A DNA stretch of 64,000 bases from Somniosus microcephalus. Taxonomy: Eukaryota. The notes under the pieces were generated by a model, which was not told where the DNA came from, made no database searches, and saw only the letters and a list, made by a program, of their open reading frames with translations. A program made the position numbers and the translations under genes. This document shows, in pieces, positions 13,386 to 24,110 of this stretch (position 1 is its first letter; each line of letters opens with the position of its first letter). The stretch covers positions 22,692,001 to 22,756,000 of the forward strand of contig CM126228.1 of assembly GCA_052327205.1 (NCBI GenBank). Reading direction: 5' to 3'.

Positions 13386-13599
13386 ACCTTTTTATTTTGC
13401 TGAGCGCTGAGCCCACCCCCTCCCTACACCCGCCCCCCGCCCCGCCTTTGGGAGATTCATGTCCCATATACATCCGCCACCATCCCCATCTGCTACAGAA
13501 ACCCTCAGTCCTTTGTCATCTCCAGACTCAACTATTCCAACGCTCTTCTGGCCAGCCGCCCATCTTCCACCCTCCGTAAACTTCAACTCATCCAAAATT

Positions 13600-13890
13600 G
13601 TAATAATGACCAAATAATCTGTTTTAGTGGTGTTAGTTGAGGGATAAATGGTGGCCAGGACACCAGGTAGAACTCCCCTGCTTTTCTTCAAAATAGTGCC
13701 TGGGGATCTTTTATGTCTACCCAAGAGGATAGACGTAGCCTTGGTTTAACGTCCCATCTGAAAGACGGCACCTCTGCCAGTGCAGCAGTCCATCAGTAGC
13801 CTAGATTTTTGTGCTCAAGTCTCTGGAGTGAGACTTGAACCCACAACCTTCTGACTCAGAGGGGAGAGTGCTGCCACTGAGCCACGGCTA
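13600..13890 (-). mobile_element. DeuSINE (SacSINE1-like)
   Basis: Deu-domain sequence plus tRNA-like head (cttgaacccac...ctgagccac). Confidence 0.85.
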
Positions 13891-14091
13891 ACACCTTAGT
13901 CACCAATTTGGGACTACCATATAGATTTTGACCTCTATATCCAAATATAATCAAAAGTACAGAAAGGATTTGCTTTCATAAACATCTGAGTAATGCTGGT
14001 ATTGGTTTGTCCTGTATTCAAAAACTGGGACCCCTTTAAAAAAAATACATTTATATATACCTATATACGAAAAATAATTGTTTTACCTTAC

Positions 14092-14182
14092 CTGAATTCC
14101 TTTAAATCCACAAAGAAAGTAGTAGTGCCATAGAGGTTTAGCTGTGTCAATGTGGACCTTGTTTATATGAACATTATAGTCC
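14092..14182 (-). CDS. GALK2: GALK2 coding exon 4 (91 bp)
   Basis: ctacag|G GAC...ATT CAG|gtaagg. Translates DYNVHINKVHIDTAKPLWHYYFLCGFKGIQ, matching GALK2 '[20 protein letters not shown]'. Phase 2/0. Confidence 0.95.
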
Positions 14183-15499
14183 CTGTAGTAGAAATAAATA
14201 AAGGCCAGTGTTGGAGTAACTATGCACTAAAGAATAGCTAACTGCTGCCACCTACTGGTTTAGTAGCAAAGATCACCAATGAACTTGCCATAATACAAGT
14301 TCCAAAAAAAATCCAAGGCATTTAGTAAGCGATAACTTAATAAACTAGAATGGTTAACAATTTAAAAGCTATCGCATGTTTCAAAATAGATCCCTGATGG
14401 CCGTAACAGACAGCGGTGTGGGCCTTAAGTTATTGATAACTTGATATAAACATTTTGCAGCTGGATATTTAATTTTTGATATCTCGCAATGGATTTTGAA
14501 AAATGCAGAAACACAGCAAACATTCCATTTTAATTCTTCAAGGGATAGATTTTTTTTTAATCTTGCAAACATTTAGAAAACTAGATTCATTTCTATGACA
14601 TCTATTTACCACCAATTTACTTATGCTCCCCCTCTTCCCTGCCGCCCAATGGCCTCCTGCATTACATACCTTCCCAGTTACCAATATGGCCTGGAGACAC
14701 ACACCCAGGCCAATCTTCCTATATAATCTAAAAGGTCCATATCTGTGCCCCAGAATCAGAAGACCTCCAATTATCACATCAGGATACAACTTCCCACAAC
14801 AGCATGACTAAGATCAGAACACACTTTGTGAGGAATCTGCAAAGCACAGTACATTTGGCTCCAATAAGCTATAATACTTATTGCTCGATCACTATCCATA
14901 TAATCAAAAGCGTTCCATCTTGTGCACATTCATAGAATCAACTCTTTTAAAGAATCACATTTCTGTAGGACTGAAAATCATGATTGGCTCAAATAGCCAC
15001 TTATCTCAAGTTAACAATCAAATATCCAATTGATTAAATGTGAACATGTCAAAAGGTAGCAAAAAGTACAAAGGAGGAAGAACACATTTAGATAGCGTCT
15101 TATTTCTCAGAAATGTCCCAAAGCGCTTCACACGTAATGAATTAATCACTGCTGTAACGTTAGCAAATGGAGCAGTCTTATCCACAGCAAGATCTCACAT
15201 AGAGAAACGACTTGAATTACTCGTCAATCTGCCTTTTTCCCCCCCATGATGTCGATTAAGGGAGGAATAGTACCATGGGATCTTTAATTGGCTGCAGTGG
15301 TCCAAAGTGGCGGCTCACCACCACATTCTCAAGAGCAATTAGGGATGGGCAATAAATGCTGGCCCTGGCAGCAACGCCCACATCCACAGCGGGCACCATC
15401 TAGGAAGACCACCAGCTGGGAAGCCTGCCCTTTAAAATATTTAATTTTAAATCATCTGATCTTTTCTTCCTACACAGGATATGTGTTCCCAGCTTGAGG

Positions 15500-16617
15500 G
15501 GTCCATTCGTTTCTCCCACTGTTAACATCAAACATTCTGTTAGCTGGTGCTCCATCACGGGCAAATCCTTTTCTCAATAAGTGCCATAAACCCGGATATT
15601 AAGCTGGGGTGGGAGTGCGGCCTGCCGGGGCTGGAGCAGGAGAGAAACAACCACGATGGTGCCAGCATGAGGCCCTGGCAATTTTTACTCCTTGCCTCAT
15701 TTAAATGTCCTGCCGCTATTTCCTGCTCGAGGTTGATGTGGAGGCCGGTGGACAAGAGTGGGAAATTGTATGGTTACAAGTTGCTACCGGGTACCTGAGG
15801 AAATGGTCCTCAGCAAGGTAAGTGTGGGGATTCCTGACTACTACCGTCGAGGGAGTGGGGGAACCCAAGGCAAAGGGGTCCCCCCAAGGTTTCCTTGTAG
15901 GACTAGTCTGATCCTCCTGGCCCACAAGGAAACCATTAAAAAAATGAAAAAAAATTAAATTTACCTAGGCCTCTTCTGACCCCGATCCTTCTTGCCGCTA
16001 GCTTTTGCTGGCAGCTCCGGAACTATGCATAATTTGTGCATTTCACAGTTAACATAGCGTTGGGATCCAAATGACATCATCGGACCCTGATATTTAAGTA
16101 TTTACGAGGCCCCCGCCTGTCTGTGGCGAGCTGCCTCGACACTTCTGAAAACATGGAAGATAGGAGCAGGAGTAGGCCATTCGGCCCTTCAAGCCTGCTC
16201 CGCCATTCAACGAGATCATGGCTGATCATCCAAACCCTAGCACCCGGTCCCTACACCGACAGCCATCCCACCCAAGCCCTATCCACGTAACCCCACGTAT
16301 TTAATCCCCCCTAACACTAAGGGCCAATTTTTTTTTTTATCATGGCCAATCAACCTAACCCGCACATCTTTGGACTGTGGGAGGAAACCGGAGCACCCGG
16401 AGGAAACCCACGCAAACACGGGGAGAATGTGCAAACTCCACACAGACAGTCACCCGAGGCCGGATTTGAACCCGGGTCCCTGGCGCTGTGAGGCAACAGT
16501 GCTAACCACTATGCCACCGTGCTGCCCAGGAGTTAAAATGGCGAATGCAGCAAGTAGCACCTGCCCACCATTTTAACCCTACCATTCCGACTGGGTAGGC
16601 AGGGTTAAAATCGGGGC
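15500..16617. mobile_element. Degenerate GC-rich MITE-like element, interrupted by a V-SINE
   Basis: Right end GGTTAAAATCGGGGC resembles other MITE termini. Left boundary approximate. Confidence 0.5.
16148..16527 (-). mobile_element. HE1-like V-SINE
   Basis: tRNA head (GGTGGCATAGTGG...GGTTCAAATCC), V-domain (GTGGGTTTCCTCCGGGTGCTCCGGTTTCCTCCCAC) and CR1-derived tail. Confidence 0.9.
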
Positions 16618-16941
16618 TAACTTAGTCAGAAGCCAAACTTCAAAATATGCATAAAGTGCAGAATATCATTCTCCACTGTGACTGCTTTTTATTCCTGAGC
16701 CACTTTACCTCAAAATTCCAGCAGAAGTGATTGTGTTGCTTCCCTTTGATAAAAATGTTAGATACTTATTCTGAGAAGGACCAATTTTTATCTATTTTTT
16801 AACCTGAATATGATCAAACAGATTCAAATTCAGTACAACAAGCTTTCAATCGGTTCCTAATTTGGCTTTGTTTATTGGACCAGGCAAGATGCAAATAAGC
16901 CCCATAGGTGGTAGGCTTCCCTTCAAGAGTCTCAACTCTCA

Positions 16942-17314
16942 GGCAGCACGGTGGCATAGTGGTTAGCACTGTTGCCTCACAGCGCCAGGGACCCGGGTTC
17001 AAATCCGGCCTCGGGTGACTATCTGTGTGGAGTTTGCACAGTCTCCTCGTGTTTGCGTGGGTTTCCTCCGGGTGCTCCGGTTTCCTCCCACAGTCCAAAG
17101 ATGTGCGGGTTAGGTTGATTGGCCATGATAAAAATTGGCCCTTAGTGTTAGGGGGGGATTAAATACGTGGGGTTACGGGGATAGGGCTTGGGTGGGATGG
17201 CTGTCGGTGTAGGGACCGGGTGCTAGGGTTTGGATGATCAGCCATGATCTCGTTGAATGGCGGAGCAGGCTCGAAGGGCCGAATGGCCTATTCCTGCTCC
17301 TATCTTCTATGTTT
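16942..17314 (+). mobile_element. HE1-like V-SINE
   Basis: Near-identical inverse copy of 16148-16527. Confidence 0.9.
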
Positions 17315-17406
17315 CCTCCCCCAGTCACTAGTTGCAGCCACAGAACTCATCACCGAATTCAGTGCCCAAAGTGGAATTCTCATGTGCCAGTTTTTTTATT
17401 CTTGCT

Positions 17407-17578
17407 ATTGCTGGAAATCTGAAATACTCAGCAAGTCAGGCAATATCTGTGGAGAGAGAAAGAGAGTTAACGTTTCAGGTCTGATGAAAGGTCATCGACC
17501 TGAGACGTTAACTCTGTTTCTCTCTCCACAGTTGCTGCCTGACCTGTTGAGTAATTCCAGCATTTTCTGGTTTTATTA
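17407..17578. mobile_element. Penelope-like inverted pLTR remnant with mutated hammerhead core
   Basis: Imperfect palindrome. CTGATGA-aAGGTC atc GACCT-GAGAC-GTT at 17481-17509 (GAAA changed to GAGA). Confidence 0.75.
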
Positions 17579-18839
17579 TCTTCAATTAAGTTGTTTTGCA
17601 GAAACTCTAAATCCAGTTCAGCCGGTAAGTATGCAACATGTAAAATACAGGTGTAGATAGAATTTAACAAGCTGCAAATAAATGGGAAAACTGGTGTCTA
17701 TGGACACTATTTTTGATTCAGAACAGGTATACCACACTATGCTACTTAGTGCCTGGCCAGGTGAAACATCAGGTGAGATAACTAGATATTAAGTGGCAGC
17801 TATCACTGGAAATAGCAAAAGCAGGACCCGGGGACTCAGGCTAAGCACAGTAAACTGCATTTAAAAAGAGTTTAAAATACACATTTGTTCTAAACAAAAG
17901 AACCCAGTTAAGCATTATTTTCTACTGTGTATTTATGAAAAAATATATACTGTACTGAGATTGAGATTATATTGAGACAGACTTGCTGCAGAAATCTACA
18001 TTCTCAGTGCAGAAGTTGGTCTTGAGGTGCCAGTGAACCCTTGGGGACCTGCCTATAAACAATACATTTGAACAAAATAGCTCTTAAATAACATTAAGCC
18101 CATATTATTGTAATTATATTTGAACTGATACTCAAAAAAAATGGATCCATAAATAATGTGTAATTATACAACTAGTTGTGTTGCATTAGAAGATATGAAA
18201 GTGAATATAATTCTAGTAATATCTTAGCTAAAATATATCAATCTAAATTAGGACTTTACCAAAACAATTCATATAAAACATGGTTTTTGGCTCCTTCCTT
18301 AATCAAGAAATTATATAAACCACCCTTTTCACATCAACACAAAGACTGCTCTTAGAAAGCATCTAGCACATTATTGAATTTTTTTTATTTTCACCATACC
18401 AAACACCATTTCCTAGTTAAAAGGTGCCAGGTTACCTATTCATAGGCATCTGTCAATTGGTCTCTGTTAACTGGCTGCTCGTGGATCTGTAACAGCAACC
18501 TAAGATAGTCTGTCTCCAATTCTTCTTCCTCCCTCCATGGGTAAATCCCTGGCCTCCTTTTGGCACTTCTTCCAATAGCATGGCTTTGATCAGCAATACA
18601 CTTCATGAAAAAAATTACAGATTCAAACCAAGATCTTACAACTCTGTGGTGCACCCGCTGGCCTACGGTACATTAAAAGACTTAAAACAAAAAAAAAATT
18701 TCAAAAAGTTAACTTCAAACATAACTTTACAGAATTTAGCACCATCAAGACTTTCCAGTAAACATAACGCCCCATTAAGAAAGTGGAATGTAAGCTGCTA
18801 CAGTTCTCTCTCACTCCTGTTTCAAATTAAATTGCTTAC

Positions 18840-18963
18840 AGGTATACAGGGTTAGTGTTTGCCAGCTGGATGATTTTTGTTTGCGTTGGTGTGGCAGCTG
18901 CTAAGATATCTTGTTCTAAAGCCATTGGAAGCACAGCATAGCCACAGTAATCAATGTGTTCAC
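18840..18963 (-). CDS. GALK2: GALK2 coding exon 3 (124 bp)
   Basis: ttgcag|GT GAA CAC ATT GAT TAC...TAC CT|gtaag. Translates [41 protein letters not shown], with the galactokinase signature GEHxDY. Confidence 0.97.
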
Positions 18964-19873
18964 CTGCAACAGATTTAAATGATTAAAGTTACTTTCATAC
19001 ATGCATGCCTCTTAAGTGGATAAGTACATTTCAAATTTTTATACACTTACTAAAGTAAATACTTGAGAAGTTCATATATAAAATAAGTTTATGATCACGT
19101 GTGTGAAATCAAGTCTGGCATTTAGACTGGCCAAATTCCATTAGTTAATGGATAATATTGAAAGGGAATATTTTCTCCCCTCAATTTTCTCTCCTATTTC
19201 CTGAGACGTAATGGGGTATGAGGTTCCACATATATCCGCATCCTTCTGGCACCCTGTCCAAGTAGCCATTCTTTAAGTATACTAGCCAGTGAGTGTCATT
19301 AGGCTATTAAAACATAGCCTAATCCTGTCCTTTCACACACATTTTGCAGTAGTGGTCATTGGATAGTGATCAGAAGGAGCGGAACCTTGGCTGGTTTGTA
19401 CCCTCTTAGCATTAGAGTGCTGATGCCAAATGCGGACCCACAATGCCACTTAGACTGAGATCATCACCCCCCAGGGATCAAATCTGGGAGCAGTAAAATG
19501 AATTCTACTTTAACAACTTTGCCCAACAGCATTTGGATCATAATAAAAGCATTCCACATTGAATATCTATTTTTGTAGTTTTAAGTATTGGTCCTATAGT
19601 GGGCTTTATATGTATAGTCCCACATGCTAATGGTGTTTAAATCAACCCTCTCAACTGCCTTTGCTGTTTAAAGTTTTTTGTGACCATCTGATTCTCATCT
19701 TTTTTGAGAAATGGAATGGAATGCAGGTTTTATTTTGTTCTCAGAATTTGGATTATACTATAGCCTTCATAACAATCATAAACAGTTCAAAATTTATCCC
19801 TTTATCCTTAAATTTATCCTGGTTAAAGTTAATGTCCACACAAATTTGTTTGATTCAGATTTGCAATGTTATC

Positions 19874-21250
19874 AGCCTTAGCTCAATGGTGGCACTCTTG
19901 CCTCGAAGTGAGAGTTCAAACCTTGCTCCAGGACCCAAGCACATAATCCAAGCTGATACTTCAGTGCAGCACTGAGGGAATGCTGCATTGTTGGAGGTGC
20001 TGTCTTTCATATGAGACATTAAACCGAGGGCCCATCTACCTGCTCAGGTTGCCGTAAAAGATCCCATGGCACTTTTCGAAGATGCGCAGAGGACTTTTTT
20101 TTTTAATTCGCTTATGGGATCTGGGCATCGCTGGTAAGGCCAGCATTTATTGCCCATCCCTAGTTGCCCTTGAGAAGGTGGTGGTGAGCCGCCTTCTTGA
20201 ACCGCTGCAGTCCGTGCGGTGAAGGTACTCCCACAGTGCTGTTAGGGAGGGAGTTCCAGGATTTTGACCCAGCGACGATGAAGGATCGGCGATATACTTC
20301 TAAGTCAGGATGGTGTGTGACTTGGAGGGGAACTTGGAGGTGGTGGTGTTCCCATGTGCCTGCTGCCCTTGTCCTTCTAGGTGGAAGAGGTCGCAGGTTT
20401 GGGAGGTGCTGCCGAAGAGGCCTTGGTGAGTTGCTGCAGTGCATCTTGTAGATGGTACACACTGCAGCCACGGTACGCCGGTGGTGGAGGGAGTGAATGT
20501 TTAAGGTGGTGGATGGGGTGCTAATCAAACAGGCTGCTTTGTCCTGGATGGTGTCAAGCTTCTTGAGTGTTGTTGCAGCTGCACTCATCCAGGCAAGTGG
20601 AGAGTATTCCATCACACTCCTTACTTGTGCCTTGTAGATGGTGGAAAGGCTTTGGGGAGTCAGGAGGTGAGACACTCGCCGCAGAATACCTAGCCTCTGA
20701 CCTGCTCTTGTTGCCACAGTATTTATGTGACTGGTCCAGTTAAGTTTCTGGTCAATGGTGACCCCCAGGATGTTGATGGTGGGGGGTTCGGCGATGGTAA
20801 TGCCGTTGAATGAAAAGGGGAGGTGGTTAGACTCGCGCTTGTTGGAGATAGTGATTGCCTGGCACTTCTGTGGCACGAATGTTACCCGCCACTTATCAGC
20901 CCAAGCCTGAACGTCGTCCAGGTCTTGTTGCATGCGGGCATGGACTGCTTCATTATCTGAGGAGTTTTGAATGGCGCTGAACACTGTGCAGTCATCAGTG
21001 AACATCCCCATTTCTGACCTTATGTCCGGTATCCTGGCCAACATTTATCCCTCAACGAACATCACTAAAATAATTTATCTGATCATTCCTCTCATTGCTG
21101 TTTGTAGGACAGTGCTGTGTGCAAACTGACTTGTGTTTTTTCTACATTACAACAATGACGACTCTTCAAAAGTATTTAATTGGCTGCAAAATGCTTTGGG
21201 ACAGCCTGAGGTTGTGAAAGGAACTATATAAATGCAGATTCTTTCTTTCT
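19874..21250 (+). mobile_element. DeuSINE split by a LINE insertion (SINE parts ~19874-20094 and 21025-21250)
   Basis: SINE sequence stops at ...gcagaggac and resumes at tccggtatcctggcc. Confidence 0.85.
20095..21024 (-). mobile_element. 5'-truncated CR1-clade LINE with open C-terminal reverse-transcriptase ORF
   Basis: ORF 20160..21044: MFTDD (FADD catalytic motif altered), LGVTIDQKLNW, RSVMEY, ending HHHLLKGN*. 3' UTR and A-tail follow. Confidence 0.92.
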
Positions 21251-22584
21251 TATCACCTATAACTATTTCACTAGCCCCATTCATCGGTGTATTGACTACA
21301 TTTAAGTACATACATCATGTACAAGTTGTAATTTTACTGAAAATATATACTGGTCAAAAAAGCTACTGACATCAACCATTTACAACAATTCTCATTAACT
21401 TTTGTTTACTTTGGCTTGCTGGGTCTTTCAAAATATTTCCCTTTAAACAGCATGTGCTGGGAATTGGCTTGGAGCAGTTACTGAGCCTGACAGCACTGGC
21501 ACGAACAGTTAAGTATAGTACTGCCAATTCTAGCTAATATCAGGATAAGCAAGACTCCAGTAGGTGGTCTTGCATCACTTAGCTTGGCATCGATGGCAAA
21601 TGCAAAGTTTTGAAATATTTAAAGCTGTTTCTATATACTCCCACCTAATATTTGTGGTTCTAATGTCGTTTCTCGTTTCAAGTTTGTTGCCTTGTTTTTC
21701 TTGCACTTAATAAAATTCCAAATAAATAAATTGTTTTCATGAAAAACTCAAGAAGCCTGCCCTTTCATCTGGGCTCAAGCAACATCTTGTTCTATTCTGT
21801 CATCTCTCCTTAATCTGTCGAAATCTCATCACCAATGGAGGGCAGTAAGCAGTTGTCTTGTGCATACATCTGAGTGAGAAGACATCCCTGCATACACGGC
21901 TACTCAATGGTGCTGCTACTTGTTGGCACATGGAACTCGGTTAATTCGGCTTCTGAAAGGTGTTCATGTTTAATTCATTCAATATAGAACAGAAAAAGGT
22001 GAGTGAAGAGAAAAAAAAGAGAGATTTCACTTAGCAACAGTCAGTTTGTTCAAGTGACCAGTTTCAGACCTTAGGACTGAAACTGGAATTCCTGCCAAAA
22101 GGATGTTCAGCAAGGACACTGCAATCTGTGCAAAGTGATATGACATGCGAATGTGTAGAGGAATGTAAACTTGTGTGTGTAAGAATCAGCTGACGAACTG
22201 TGCATTGACCGGTGAATACCAAATAGGGCAAGGCCACTTCCAGTTTGATAAAGAAATCAGTGTATAAAAAAAGAAACTTTTGCACTAAGTTGCGAAAAAA
22301 AGAAAGAAACCTACAAGATTTTAGCACATGCTTATGCTCGGAACTGCTGACAAAACTCCGCTTGTAAAGTGCGTTATACTCTGAAGAAATTATACTCCGC
22401 CTTAGTTTGTTTTTTATGTTAAAGTAGAAAAAATAAAGTGATTATAACCATAAGATTGAATTCCTTACTACTCAACTGAACGATAGAAGATTGTTTAAAA
22501 CAACCCTACTCCACCATAAGGTGTAGTTAGATGACTGTTTAAGGAAACTAAATTAGTACGCACAGTTGAAACTGAAACTTCTGA

Positions 22585-23445
22585 AGAACAAAAAAAACTG
22601 TACACGCTGGAAATCTGAAACAAAAACACAAACTGCAGTAAACACTCGGGAGGCCCATCGGCATCTGTGGAGAAAAAAGACAAGTTAATGTTTTGGATGT
22701 GATCTTAATCGGTGCTCAAAAAAATGAACAGCTTTTAAATAGAAACCAAACATAGGGAAGGGGCGGAAAAGAAACAAAAAACACACTGAAAGAAGAAGTA
22801 TGGGTAGAATGACCTGTGATGTGCTTAAAAGTGAACCAGAAGATGATTAAATGGCTATTATTAAAAATGAGGCAAAAGGAAAAAGCGTAAGAGATTAGAG
22901 ACAGAATACAGACATAACACTTAGATACCTGAGGCAGTGAGGGTGTAAGTCAGGTCTGAAAACAGGATAAGCAGGAAAAGCAGAGCAGGATCCAGTGCTC
23001 TTAAGAGAAGAAAAGCAGGCCAACACCGAGGGTGCAGATTCCTCCGCCAATACGGTGTTCAGACAGAGGATGCCCACCCCATGTGCCAACTCATCTCCCC
23101 GACCAACACCCATCCCACAACACCTGACCCTGCCATTAATAAAAGTGCAAACTATATTTAAGGTTTTAAGTGATTAAAATTAATGTTATAGTCAGAGGGT
23201 TGAAAAGTGCCCGAGAGAAAGGTCCTACTGCCTCATATTAATATCTGCTCAGCCATTTAATCATCTCCTGTCTTTTACTTTACGCATATAACAGGTCATT
23301 CTTCCCATATGTCCTCAATCATGTGTTTGTTTTTCCTTTTCATCCCCTTCCCTTTCTGAGTGTCTATTTAAAAGCTGTTTATTCTTTCAATTTCAGTGAT
23401 GGGTCACAACTAAAACATTAACTTGTCTCTTCTCTCCATGGATTT
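22585..23445. mobile_element. Old Penelope-like element with inverted terminal duplication
   Basis: ~22660-22875 and ~23225-23440 are degenerate inverted copies. Terminal motif is shared with 28734. Confidence 0.6.
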
Positions 23446-23688
23446 TGTTTTTGAAATTGAAGCAATATCGGATTAATAATTACATCTTTTCTGATTGTTA
23501 AATAACTTCACTTAACTGTCAAGCCAGTACTCTAATGGTGTCTACAGCACTCACTGTTTAAAACCAGCAAAGACAATTGATCTTTGCCAAAAAAGGCTGA
23601 AAATATTCAAAGGAGGATGTTTTTAATGAGTCTCTGATAGCTTTACAGAACATTGGCACATGGAACTCGGTTAATTTGGCTTCTGAAA

Positions 23689-24110
23689 CTGGATGTTATC
23701 CAGGTCTTGCTGCATACAGGCATGGACTACTTCAATATCTGAGGAATTCTGAATAGAGCGGAATACTGTGCAATCATCAGCGAACAGCCCCATTTCTGAC
23801 ATTATGATGGAGGGAAGGTCATTGATGAAGCAGCTGAAGATAGTTGAACCAAGGGCACTACCCTGAGAAACTACTGCAGAGATGTTGCAGACCTGAGATG
23901 ATTGGCCTCCACAACCATCTTCCTTTGTGCCAGGTATGTCTCCAACCACTGGAGAATGTTCTGCCTGATCCCCATTGACTTCAGTTTTACTAGGGCTCCT
24001 TGGTACCACACTCAATCAAAAGCTATCTCGATCTCAAGGGCAGTCACTCTCACCTCACTTCTGGAATTCAGCATGTGTTCATGTTTGGACCAAGGTTGTA
24101 ATGAGATCAG
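23689..24110 (-). mobile_element. CR1-clade LINE RT fragment
   Basis: ORF 23671..24015: SQGSALGSTIFSCFINDLP...LFADDCTVF. Confidence 0.85.

Noticed and set aside
16942-17015. tRNA-like A/B-box sequences here and in the DeuSINE heads
   Set aside because: They are SINE heads continuous with SINE bodies, not free-standing tRNA genes.
16370-17098. Two near-identical ORFs MDCGRKPEHPEETHANT...
   Set aside because: These are antisense translations of the V-SINE core, not genes.
20160-21044. 294-aa ORF as a host or domesticated gene
   Set aside because: It is a 5'-truncated LINE RT with an altered catalytic motif (FTDD). Its start codon comes from the flanking SINE.
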